Shown in pieces: positions 28,309 to 37,389 of a stretch of 55,363 bases of DNA. Both the position numbers and the translations under genes were made by a program. The DNA comes from a virus (taxonomy: Duplodnaviria > Caudoviricetes): IMG/VR virus record IMGVR_UViG_3300048582_000091, positions 1 to 55,363 of that record. The stretch is one strand, 5' to 3'. The notes beneath the pieces are model-generated. The model had not been told where the DNA came from. It was given only the letters and a program-made list of their open reading frames with translations, and ran no database searches. Numbering within the stretch: position 1 is the first letter of the stretch; every line of letters begins with the position of its first letter.

Positions 28309-28518
28309 ATGTCTAATTTAGTATCAGGTACAGTAAAGTGGTTTGACGATGAAAAAGGCTTCGGCTTTATTCAACAGGCTAACGGTCGTGATGTATTCGT
28401 TCATCACACCGGCATTGGCGGTACAGGTCGCAAAACGCTTGCAGAAGGCCAAACGGTTTCGTTTGAAGTGATTACGGGTTCGAAAGGACTTCAGGCACAG
28501 AACGTCACTATTAAATAA
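28309..28518 (+). CDS. cspA: cold-shock protein
   Basis: GTVKWF, RNP1 KGFGFI, RNP2 VFVHH; ATG 28309, 69 aa. Confidence 0.95.
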   Translation: MSNLVSGTVKWFDDEKGFGFIQQANGRDVFVHHTGIGGTGRKTLAEGQTVSFEVITGSKGLQAQNVTIK

Positions 28519-28528
28519 TGCTGTACCA

Positions 28529-28560
28529 AATAAAAAAGCACCTTAAGGTGCTTTTTTATT
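28529..28560. terminator. bidirectional terminator (perfect 32-bp palindrome)
   Basis: AATAAAAAAGCACCTTAAGGTGCTTTTTTATT between convergent genes. Confidence 0.9.
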
Positions 28561-28564
28561 GACT

Positions 28565-29881
28565 TTAAGTTTTAATTAATGAAAATAATGTGCCGGTGCC
28601 GCCGTCCGATGCATTCGGTATTAAGGGTAACGTAAAACTGCCCGAAGTAGCTGGACTAGGTATATGGGTATACGATGGGGCAGTATAATCATTTGCTCCG
28701 CCTGCGAAATTGGCCCTCATAACAGTAGTAACAGGGGTTGTGGATAGCCCGCCGATGCAATACACACTTGAACTAGTTGCTATTAAACTAGAATTTCCGA
28801 GATTAGCACCGATTGTGCCGCCGACTACCCATGCGCCCAACGTACCATCTGCATTAATCGGCGCAATATGCATGACATTTACACCAACACCATCGTAACT
28901 GCCTATTAAAAATACGTGAGAATTGGTCACTAACGATTGTTGTTGTCGTTGCGCAGATGGCAACGGTGTACTAGTAGTCCACGCACCTAGCGTACCGTCT
29001 GCATTTATAGGGGCAGTATAAACTGTTGCTACTGTTGCTGTTGTCAAGCCACCACAATAATACACTCTGGAATTAGTTACAAATGCCTGGCCGCCTCGTA
29101 TCGCGACAGGCAACGGAGTACCAGTAGTCCACGCACCTAGTGTACCGTTTACATTAATTGGTGCAGTATAAACTGTAGAAACCGAAGCACCAGCAGAATT
29201 CAAGCCACCTAGTAAATATACTCGAGATTTAGTCACGATTGCTTGCGATACTCCCAGTGCTGCTGGCAACGAAGTGCCAGCAGCCCATGTACCTAAAGTA
29301 CCGTCTGCATTTATAGGGGCAGTATATACCACCGATGTTGCAGCATCGGCGCTATTTATTCCGCCTAACAAATATACGCGAGAATTAGTAATAATCGCTG
29401 AAGAATTTCTTAACGGCGTCGGCAACGAGGTACCGGTAGTCCATGTTCCTATAAATCCGCCAGCAGTAATCGGCGCGGTGTAAACTGTTGCAGTAGTAGC
29501 AGGGGTGTTTGTTGTAAACCCTCCTAAATAATACACCCGCGATTTAGTTACGATTGCTGAGCCGGTTGCGCGCCCCGCAGGAAGACCGCCTACAGCACCC
29601 CAACCGGTAATATTACTAGTCTGTGCAAAATTGGTGTTATACTGATGACAGTATGGTTTTCCGTACAAATATGTGTTGCTTGCAGGAGTGTACGTTGATC
29701 CGATAGCAGCATATAAATCTGGATAGGTTAACTGGGATTCTTCAAAACCATTACACCGAAGAAAACCTGCAGGTAAATCTGTTCCCGAATATTGTATTAT
29801 ATCGCCGGGTTGTATCCCTGCTGCAGGGGTTGTTCCTACATTAGCATTTATTGAAACTTTACCAGATACATTTATACTCAT
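28565..29881 (-). CDS. tail-collar-domain protein with Kelch-like beta-propeller
   Basis: PGDIIQYSG...GFLRCNG...YPDLYAAIG collar motif; about six 50-52 aa repeats SRVYLLGG...VYTAPINADGTLGAW; ATG 29881 after GGAG. Confidence 0.8.
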   Translation of the reverse strand: MSINVSGKVSINANVGTTPAAGIQPGDIIQYSGTDLPAGFLRCNGFEESQLTYPDLYAAIGSTYTPASNTYLYGKPYCHQYNTNFAQTSNITGWGAVGGLPAGRATGSAIVTKSRVYYLGGFTTNTPATTATVYTAPITAGGFIGTWTTGTSLPTPLRNSSAIITNSRVYLLGGINSADAATSVVYTAPINADGTLGTWAAGTSLPAALGVSQAIVTKSRVYLLGGLNSAGASVSTVYTAPINVNGTLGAWTTGTPLPVAIRGGQAFVTNSRVYYCGGLTTATVATVYTAPINADGTLGAWTTSTPLPSAQRQQQSLVTNSHVFLIGSYDGVGVNVMHIAPINADGTLGAWVVGGTIGANLGNSSLIATSSSVYCIGGLSTTPVTTVMRANFAGGANDYTAPSYTHIPSPATSGSFTLPLIPNASDGGTGTLFSLIKT

Positions 29882-29911
29882 TTTTTTCTCCAAAAGGTAT
29901 AATTTATCATT

Positions 29912-29958
29912 TATTTATCTGAAAGACGGTTGACAGCACCGAATAAACTTGTTATACT
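29912..29958. promoter_or_regulatory. back-to-back late (-) and sigma70 (+) promoters
   Basis: GATAAATA on - at 29912-19; TTGACA(29930-35)-N17-TATACT(29953-58) on +. Confidence 0.75.
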
Positions 29959-29999
29959 TGCGGTATACAAACACATCAACCCCAGAAAGGTAAAAACAC

Positions 30000-31217
30000 A
30001 TGGCTACTGCAAAACAAATTGAAGATCTAATTGTTCGTGCTCGTGTCCGAATGCTTCTAAAAGTCCCGTTTTTTGGTAATCTCGCTACTCGTCTTAAATT
30101 AGTAGACGGTAGCGGCTGGGTTCCCACAGCCGCTACCGACGGAAAGCATCTATATTACAACGTTGATTTCTTTTCCAAAATGGACAAAAAAGAGATTGAA
30201 TTTGTTGTAGCACATGAAGTCATGCACTGTGTATATGACCACATGACTCGCCGTGGCAGTCGTGATCCTCGGCTGTGGAACTGCGCAGGTGACTATGTGA
30301 TTAACGGCGAATTGATTGAACAAAAGATCGGTCGTTTGCCTACAGTCGTCAAGTGCTTATTTGACGCAAAATACAACGGCATGTGTTCAGAAGAAGTATA
30401 CAACCTACTTGTAGAAGATGACAAGAACGGTAAAGGCGACAAGAGCATGGATTCCTTTGACAAACACCTGGACCCAGCAGATGGCAAAGGTGAAGGAAAA
30501 GGTAAGCCAGGTGACGAAGATCCGACCGGTTACGGCGGACAAATTCCGATGAGTGAAGAAGAGCGTCAACAGGTTGCCGACGAGATTAAGCAGGCTGTGA
30601 TGCAGGCTGCTAAAGTTGCAGGTGCAGGCAGCTGCCCCGGTGGCGTCAAGCGTATGCTAAAAGATTTAACTGAGCCGCAAATGAATTGGCGAGAAATTCT
30701 TAACATGCAGATTCAGAGCTGTGTTAAGAGTGACTTTACTTTTGCTCGTCCTAACCGTAAGACTTGGGGCACAGGTATTATCCTGCCAGGTATGACTGTT
30801 GAAAATGCGCTGGATGTTGATATTGCTATCGACACTTCTGGCTCTATTAGCACAGAAATGCTGCGCGACTTTCTCGGCGAAGTTAAAGGTATCATGGACC
30901 AGTTTAGTGACTTTGTTGTCCGTGTCTGGACCTTTGATACTAGTGTGCATAACATGCAGAAGTTCACGCCAGACACCATAGACGAGCTAATGGATTACGA
31001 TATTCAGGGCGGTGGCGGCACCGAGTTTATGGTTAACTGGAATTTCATGAAAGAAGAAGGCATTGAGCCGCATCGCCTAATTTTATTTACAGATGGATAT
31101 CCGTGGGGTAGCTGGGGCGACGAAAATTATTGCGAAACAGTCTTCCTAATTCACGGTAACAAGTCCATCCAAGCACCATTCGGGATGACAGTGCATTACG
31201 AGGCAGATAAGCGTTAA
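30000..31217 (+). CDS. metallopeptidase-like + VWA domain protein (DUF2201 type), MoxR partner
   Basis: TAATDG, HEXXH (AHEVMH), MIDAS IDTSGS, GGGGT, FTDG. Confidence 0.9.
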   Translation: MATAKQIEDLIVRARVRMLLKVPFFGNLATRLKLVDGSGWVPTAATDGKHLYYNVDFFSKMDKKEIEFVVAHEVMHCVYDHMTRRGSRDPRLWNCAGDYVINGELIEQKIGRLPTVVKCLFDAKYNGMCSEEVYNLLVEDDKNGKGDKSMDSFDKHLDPADGKGEGKGKPGDEDPTGYGGQIPMSEEERQQVADEIKQAVMQAAKVAGAGSCPGGVKRMLKDLTEPQMNWREILNMQIQSCVKSDFTFARPNRKTWGTGIILPGMTVENALDVDIAIDTSGSISTEMLRDFLGEVKGIMDQFSDFVVRVWTFDTSVHNMQKFTPDTIDELMDYDIQGGGGTEFMVNWNFMKEEGIEPHRLILFTDGYPWGSWGDENYCETVFLIHGNKSIQAPFGMTVHYEADKR

Positions 31218-31462
31218 TGGATGTCACTAGTCTTAACAAATTATCTTTGCGGAACAAAGATGCATTACTGGCTGCTAATAATATAAGTTGTTATTCGTGT
31301 GTCAGATATTTTAAGCCAGCTGAGATCGTAGAATGGGCAGACAACGGACAAACAGGCATTTGTCCTAATTGTTCCGTTGATGCCCTTTTACCAAATGTTT
31401 ACGATATCCCTACGCTAGAAAAAGCAAATAAACTATGGTTCGGAGAGAATAATGACTGTTAA
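31217..31462 (+). CDS. small zinc-finger protein
   Basis: CYSC...CPNC. Confidence 0.7.
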   Translation: MDVTSLNKLSLRNKDALLAANNISCYSCVRYFKPAEIVEWADNGQTGICPNCSVDALLPNVYDIPTLEKANKLWFGENNDC

Positions 31463-31631
31463 GGTGTTACTAAATAAAAAGTACGACGGCGAGTCCATCG
31501 TGGATATAGATAGAGATGTGTACGAAGCTTTTATAGCTGATTTTACGCCGGCGGTGGACGATATTCCGGTGGATGAAAATAACATACAACAAGGTGTGTT
31601 TACTGTGAGTATTACCTGGTCACCGGAATGA
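31452..31631 (+). CDS. 59-aa hypothetical protein (not in the ORF track)
   Basis: GGAG RBS, ATG 31452, TGA 31629-31 overlapping the next ATG. Confidence 0.6.
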   Translation: MTVKVLLNKKYDGESIVDIDRDVYEAFIADFTPAVDDIPVDENNIQQGVFTVSITWSPE

Positions 31632-31768
31632 ATTATCAAGATTATTTTGATTTTACATTCGGCAGACTAGGTTTTGCCATGGACAGTACGTGGGAGCTAT
31701 TAAACTTTGAAGATGGCACACGCTGGTTTAAGATTGGTTTTGGATTTTATTGGAAAAAGGTGATCTAA
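31628..31768 (+). CDS. 46-aa aromatic-rich hypothetical protein (not in the ORF track)
   Basis: ATGA and TAATG coupling at the two ends. Confidence 0.5.
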   Translation: MNYQDYFDFTFGRLGFAMDSTWELLNFEDGTRWFKIGFGFYWKKVI

Positions 31769-31944
31769 TGAATATTAGTAGTTTAGACGTTTGCGTAGTT
31801 TCTTTAGTGTTTGCAATAATCGCAGTTGCGTTTGGATTCCCGACAGTAAGCATCTCGCTTATTGTCATAGCTATTGCTGCTGTGTCAACTAATGTAAATG
31901 TTTCTGTATGGAAAAATAAGAACAGCAAGGACAAGCAGAAGTAG
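31768..31944 (+). CDS. small two-TM membrane protein
   Basis: Two hydrophobic segments and a basic tail. Confidence 0.55.
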   Translation: MNISSLDVCVVSLVFAIIAVAFGFPTVSISLIVIAIAAVSTNVNVSVWKNKNSKDKQK

Positions 31945-31978
31945 ATAAATAAGTGTATTATTACACTAGGAGTTTACC

Positions 31979-32398
31979 ATGAGATTAAATGAAATTGCGG
32001 GACCAGGCGACTATAGACCGGGCGACGAAGATAATCCGGGCAGTCCAGATTATGATCCACGGTCTCGCGGTGGCCGAACTAAGTCAAGTATCGGCAGAAA
32101 TGATCATTTTGATTACGATGCAGATGAACGTGAAAGAAAAGCTGCTGCGAATAGAAAACAGTTTACATTCACTACCAAATCTGCAAGTGGCGAGTACAAC
32201 GGTAAGCCCTATAATGTCGTAAGAACTATTACAGGTCCATCAGCCGGTATAGTTTTCAAAGTGAATAGTGATGTTGATCATCACACAAACATTTATCACA
32301 AGTTTGCAGGATCAGACCTTGTAAACCACGACGACGGAACATCAACTGCAAACATTTACATACAAGCAGACGATGGTTCTTTACTGAAAAGAAACTAA
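31979..32398 (+). CDS. hypothetical late protein, possible internal head protein
   Basis: GATAAATA 31944-51, AGGAG RBS, MRLNEI N-terminus. Confidence 0.55.
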   Translation: MRLNEIAGPGDYRPGDEDNPGSPDYDPRSRGGRTKSSIGRNDHFDYDADERERKAAANRKQFTFTTKSASGEYNGKPYNVVRTITGPSAGIVFKVNSDVDHHTNIYHKFAGSDLVNHDDGTSTANIYIQADDGSLLKRN

Positions 32399-32424
32399 CA
32401 CTCACCTGCACAGAGATAAGAAAA

Positions 32425-32742
32425 TTGAGTAAATCACTGGCCGACTTGCAACAGACACTAGCAATTGCGCATAATGCTTTAAAATTAGCCGATAAAGAAG
32501 TATTTTCAATGGGTAGCAAGGGTGCATTAAGTGTTACCCTTGCCCAGGCCCGTGATATTGTAAAAGCTGAAGTTTGTGCGTTAGAGACTGCAAAGAAAGA
32601 GTACGTTGTTGTACCTAAAGAGTTACTGAAAAAGCATGTGAAAGAAATAGACGAGTGGAATGCTAATATGACCGCAGTAGTCGGGGATGACCCCGACTAT
32701 TACTGGCACTCTTTAGAAGCATTGCGTAGCTATACCAATTAA
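32425..32742 (+). CDS. hypothetical protein
   Basis: 105 aa ORF with TTG start. Confidence 0.55.
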   Translation: MSKSLADLQQTLAIAHNALKLADKEVFSMGSKGALSVTLAQARDIVKAEVCALETAKKEYVVVPKELLKKHVKEIDEWNANMTAVVGDDPDYYWHSLEALRSYTN

Positions 32743-34049
32743 TAGGACCTACATTGTATTCCTTCTCGGTCGTAATTCGGAAGAAATTTAAGTCTTATAT
32801 CCATCATTAGCGGTGACCCATCGTCTGTTATCCCTACCAGATTAGTTTCATTGTGGCATACGAGTGCCCAATCCGAACCTTCGTAATCTTGCGAAGGCGC
32901 TGTTGTCCCCGACGGAATCGATGAGCTACCGTTAGTGTTAGTAGTGGCGTTATATGTTAATGTCTTTGTAGTTAAGCTGCCGCCGTACGAGATTGGGTAA
33001 GTATGTGTTCCGTTCTTTTTCGGTACATACACCTCGCTGCTGCTTATCCGTAACGTGTTTGTGAAATCTGACAATCCGTTGGGCGCGTCGCCCTGAGTAA
33101 TAGCCTGCGAGACTCCGTCGTAACCATATCGTTCAACCTGTGCAGCAGGTGGCGCCGGTGTGTACCAAAAATCAGGGTTTACTTCACCGTAAACATATCC
33201 ACCGGGATTGTTTGCAGGGCCCGGATTAGCAGTAGTGTTAGTGCGATACAATTCTACTCCATTTTGAACAAAGATTGCATCGTTATTACGTACTAACACT
33301 CCGCACATAATATCTGAGATTGCAATCAAAGACGGCAACGTACCGACTGCCGATTGTTTAATAATACCTGCGAGTAAGTTTACAGGTCGCGTGCCGTCTA
33401 GTTGACCGAAATTGAAATCAGTCTTCCTCGACTCTATGACAATATCTAAGAAGCCGAGTGGTCCCCAGTTATTAATAAAAGTTTTATTCTGAGGCATATT
33501 TTCGTCCGGTGTAAAATACAACGCAGCAATCGCAGGTTTATCATTTCTTACGGATAGCCAAACTTCTCTAACATCGCCGAGTCCTCTTCTCTTGCCGTGA
33601 ACTGTGGCTGGAGTTCCCGCTGGTTGGGACGGCCCTGCGGAATATAGATCTAGCCACTGCCCTGTTTCGTTGCTCCAGCTGCCCTCGGCTCCCACCGGTG
33701 TGCCGTTGTACATGACGTCTGCTTCGAAGTAATCAGGATCGCTGTTTGTAACGTTAAGTGTAAACGGATTGCCGGTGAACTCCCATGCTTTTGATATAGG
33801 TACAGTTTCGCCTGGATTTGAAATAGGATTTACGTAGAAATCTACATAACTATCGCCGGATTCGAAAAGATCACCAACAGTAGCAATAAAGTTTGCTACT
33901 CCCCATAAGTTATCTGTTGTTTGTGTTTGATCAAACAATAACGGCTGTGAAGCAGGCCACTCTGTTGTTACGTTTGGCACTGACGGAGTAGATTCGCTGT
34001 TACTAATTATTACATTATTTAAAAAAGATGTTCCGTTAAATTTTATCAT
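32739..34049 (-). CDS. hypothetical virion protein
   Basis: 436 aa beta-rich; AGGAG RBS; last gene of the fibre operon. Confidence 0.6.
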   Translation of the reverse strand: MIKFNGTSFLNNVIISNSESTPSVPNVTTEWPASQPLLFDQTQTTDNLWGVANFIATVGDLFESGDSYVDFYVNPISNPGETVPISKAWEFTGNPFTLNVTNSDPDYFEADVMYNGTPVGAEGSWSNETGQWLDLYSAGPSQPAGTPATVHGKRRGLGDVREVWLSVRNDKPAIAALYFTPDENMPQNKTFINNWGPLGFLDIVIESRKTDFNFGQLDGTRPVNLLAGIIKQSAVGTLPSLIAISDIMCGVLVRNNDAIFVQNGVELYRTNTTANPGPANNPGGYVYGEVNPDFWYTPAPPAAQVERYGYDGVSQAITQGDAPNGLSDFTNTLRISSSEVYVPKKNGTHTYPISYGGSLTTKTLTYNATTNTNGSSSIPSGTTAPSQDYEGSDWALVCHNETNLVGITDDGSPLMMDIRLKFLPNYDREGIQCRSY

Positions 34050-34066
34050 GTTCTCTCCTTGATATT

Positions 34067-35134
34067 TTATCCCACAACCCCGAACGCCCTACCAGACCCG
34101 GATACCCAGGTTACTGCATTTCCGCCGGTGTTGATTGCTTTTCCACCTGCTGCGCCGACATAGTATGTCATGTTAGGCGAGAAGCCGGATATGTTGTTAC
34201 CGATATCGCCAGCGCCTGCGCCGCCACCGGAGTTACCGAACGCAGTGACGTTATCACTGGAGCCGCCGGTGCCTCCGGCGGCTCCCCAACCACCGCCACC
34301 GCCACCGCCGTTTGTACCAGTTTTACTACCGTCCGCGGCATATCCGCCCCCTGCCCCACCTGCACCGGGGTTGGCGCCAAGGGCTCCGCCGCCAGCACCT
34401 GGGTAATAAGTACCAGCAGTATTCATTGTGTTACCGAACGCGCCGTAGCCTGGCATACCTCGTCCACCACCACCGCCACCGCCGGTATTAGCAGCACCAT
34501 TTCCTCCGCTGGCGCCCAAGCCGCCTCCAGCGCCGCCGCCACTACCACTGGTTCCGCCTCCAGCGCCGCCTCCAGCGCCGCCGCCGCCACCTCCATAAGT
34601 TGCGCCGCCACCACCACCGCCACCGCCGCCGATGTATCCGGCCCCATTGGTGATTGTAATCGGTCTGCTGATACTTATTGCAGTACTTCCGGCAACTGGG
34701 GCGTAAATGGCAAGTCCGGAATCAGATCCGCCGCCGTACCCACCCTGCCCCATTATAAACCCGTTGTTTACTAATACTATTGTGTCGCCTGTGGTGCCTC
34801 CGGTAATATTTAACGCAATGCCACCGGTTGCATTAGAGTATACATAAATTCCGCTGTTTACGGTTACATTAACAGTAGTATTTCCTGCAATGTACCCTGG
34901 GAGCGCATTTATGTTAATGGTTGCATTAGCAGTATGAGCGCTATAAGTAACCGATAAATTAGCTCTTGATGATTTACCGTAGAAATTGTCAAACGCAATG
35001 GTGCTGCCAGCAGCAGGCCTTCCTGCTAATGTCCTCACATTGGTGTCGTTAAGTGTAATTAGTGCTGTCCCGCTCTTACCTAACTCTACGTTAACCATGT
35101 TGAGGTTTATCGGCCCCGATAATGGTAATGTCAT
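34067..35134 (-). CDS. Gly-rich tail-fibre adhesin (gp38-type)
   Basis: LVNNGFIMGQGG, YIGGGGGGGGG and many poly-Gly tracts; TAATG-coupled to the chaperone-bearing fibre. Confidence 0.75.
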   Translation of the reverse strand: MTLPLSGPINLNMVNVELGKSGTALITLNDTNVRTLAGRPAAGSTIAFDNFYGKSSRANLSVTYSAHTANATININALPGYIAGNTTVNVTVNSGIYVYSNATGGIALNITGGTTGDTIVLVNNGFIMGQGGYGGGSDSGLAIYAPVAGSTAISISRPITITNGAGYIGGGGGGGGGATYGGGGGGAGGGAGGGTSGSGGGAGGGLGASGGNGAANTGGGGGGGRGMPGYGAFGNTMNTAGTYYPGAGGGALGANPGAGGAGGGYAADGSKTGTNGGGGGGGWGAAGGTGGSSDNVTAFGNSGGGAGAGDIGNNISGFSPNMTYYVGAAGGKAINTGGNAVTWVSGSGRAFGVVG

Positions 35135-37326
35135 TACTGTATCCGTTGTAGTAAGTCGTGTATAATTTTGTCTTGTTTTTCTACTTTGGCTGTTAGTTCT
35201 TTGATGGCCTCTACCATCAATCCCATCATGTTGCCATACGCTAATGTCAATGTTTGATTCTCATCTGCCAATGCTGTTACAGCCTCAGGTAAGATGGCTT
35301 GCACTTCTTGTGCAATTAAACCAGTCTGTCGCTCGCCCGTATCGGTCCTATAGTATGTTACACCGCGGAGAGTACATACCTTTTCAAGTGCGTCTGGAAT
35401 AACTTCAATATTAGTTTTAATGCGTGCATCGGAGAAAGCAGTAACGTTACCCGAAGCCACTATAGTTGCGAAGTTAGCTGTGCCAGTAAACGTAGGGTCG
35501 GCGCTAAGAACATTACTGCCAGTGCCGGTTGATGTTGTTGTGCCGGTGCCTCCTCTTGCAACTACTAATGTACCCGAAGTGATATCAGCGGCGCTGTGTA
35601 CGTGCGACGTATTAGCTTTAGTTGCTAGTCCAGCAGCAAGTCCTGCAGGAGTAACTGCGCGTACGGTATCGGTACCGGCTGTTGCTTCTGCAATGGTAGC
35701 TAATTCAATTAATCCAGACACAGTTTCCGATGTAGCAGGAATTGTGTTAATTACTGCATTTGTTATGCGACCCTTAGCATCAACTGTTATAGACGGAATA
35801 GCAGTGCTAGTACCATACGTGTTAGCAACTACTCCGGTAGCAACTAACGTATTAACTACGGTTCCTACTGCCGATGTCACATCGCCGGTAAATGCCGGTA
35901 ACCTAGCAGCAGGTATTGTCCCCGAAGATAGGTTAGTGGCATTTTGATAAAATGTACCTTGCTGTCCGTCAAGTAAGTCTGCATCTAACGTTGAGCCGGC
36001 GCCGTCGTTACCAGCAGTCCATATTCTAAATGCTGCGGTCTGAGTGCCGATGTTAATAGACCCAGATCCCCCTGGCGGCGGCACGACCCCTGTACGAGAT
36101 TGAACTTGCCATTCCCCGACAGATTGATTCCACACTAGGCCCTGTGCGCCGTTTGGTCCTGTGTCAGGACCCTGATACACATAAAATCCGCCGGATTGAG
36201 CAGCCGTACCAGCAGTTAAGTCCGAATTAAGAAGAATAGCATTGTCACCCGTTGATACTGTTCTAGTCACACCGAGGATTTCGCCGGATACGGATAAGTT
36301 TCCAGTGACATTTAAACTTCCGGTAATTGTGCCACCAGATAAAGGTAGCTTAGTAGCATCTGCCACAGTAATGTTAGCCGTGCCGTCAAAAGCTACGCCG
36401 TTTATAGTACGAGCAGTTGCTAGTTTAGTTGCGTTAGATGCTACACCGGTTAACGAAGCAGTAATTATGCCTGCGCTAAAGTTACCTAAATTGTCACGTA
36501 AAACTAACGTGTCCTGAGTATTTGCTGAAGTTGCTGCTATAGTAGCTGAATTTTCTAGTCCTAGAGTGGTACGAAGTGCAGCGCCGTTGGCCGAATTGAG
36601 TACAGTTAAACCGTATGCTTGCACAGGGACAGTATCGAATGAGTTAGCACCGATTGCGTAAATTAAAGTGTTAGCTGCTGTTGTTACATTTGCTAATCCA
36701 GTAAGAGTTGCATCGGCTGGTTGATATGCAGAGGCATCAGTGGTTGCAGCAGTTCCAAGACCTAATGTTGTCCTGGCAGCAGTTGCACTGGCATCGTCTA
36801 TCAGACTTCTGCCGAATGCAGTTAAGCCTGTTGAAGTAAAAGTATCAACACCGGTTGCATAGATTAATGTATCTGCTGCTGTAGTGACTGCTGATAATCC
36901 AGTTAACGTAGCATCGCCGGGTTGCAAAGTAGCAGTAACAGCGGCTACACCAGCAGGAGTAACAGCGCGAGAAGAATCAACTCCTGCTGTTGTTTCCGGA
37001 ATAGTTGCTATTTCAATTAAGCCGAAGGCAGTCTCAGATGCTGTTGCTATAGGTACTGAGGATGCCGCAGTAATTCTACCGGCAGCATCTACTGTTATCA
37101 CTGGCACAGTGTTAGAAGAACCGTAGAAAGCAGGAACTACACCGCTAGCCGGTAAATCGGTGGCAACAATATCGCGATTTTGCCACTCTAAGGTTGTTGC
37201 GTTATACGCTAAAAAATTTCCCTGAACAGGAGATGTAATAGTTACATCAGCTAGTTCATCTAACTTTAGCGAAGATGGTCCCCTAGTATCTGCAAACATC
37301 ACCTTGCCACCGATTATTACACTCAT
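35134..37326 (-). CDS. tail fibre with C-terminal intramolecular chaperone (peptidase S74)
   Basis: SDARIKTNI...RGVTY...TGLIAQEVQAILPEAV plus coiled coil; fibre repeats; ATG 37326 after AGGAG (ORF opens at 37341); GATAAATA on - at 37355-62. Confidence 0.88.
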   Translation of the reverse strand: MSVIIGGKVMFADTRGPSSLKLDELADVTITSPVQGNFLAYNATTLEWQNRDIVATDLPASGVVPAFYGSSNTVPVITVDAAGRITAASSVPIATASETAFGLIEIATIPETTAGVDSSRAVTPAGVAAVTATLQPGDATLTGLSAVTTAADTLIYATGVDTFTSTGLTAFGRSLIDDASATAARTTLGLGTAATTDASAYQPADATLTGLANVTTAANTLIYAIGANSFDTVPVQAYGLTVLNSANGAALRTTLGLENSATIAATSANTQDTLVLRDNLGNFSAGIITASLTGVASNATKLATARTINGVAFDGTANITVADATKLPLSGGTITGSLNVTGNLSVSGEILGVTRTVSTGDNAILLNSDLTAGTAAQSGGFYVYQGPDTGPNGAQGLVWNQSVGEWQVQSRTGVVPPPGGSGSINIGTQTAAFRIWTAGNDGAGSTLDADLLDGQQGTFYQNATNLSSGTIPAARLPAFTGDVTSAVGTVVNTLVATGVVANTYGTSTAIPSITVDAKGRITNAVINTIPATSETVSGLIELATIAEATAGTDTVRAVTPAGLAAGLATKANTSHVHSAADITSGTLVVARGGTGTTTSTGTGSNVLSADPTFTGTANFATIVASGNVTAFSDARIKTNIEVIPDALEKVCTLRGVTYYRTDTGERQTGLIAQEVQAILPEAVTALADENQTLTLAYGNMMGLMVEAIKELTAKVEKQDKIIHDLLQRIQ

Positions 37327-37389
37327 TCTGTACTCCTGCATTGTTTAATTATTATATTTATCTGTAATATGAACATATAAGTTACTGAC

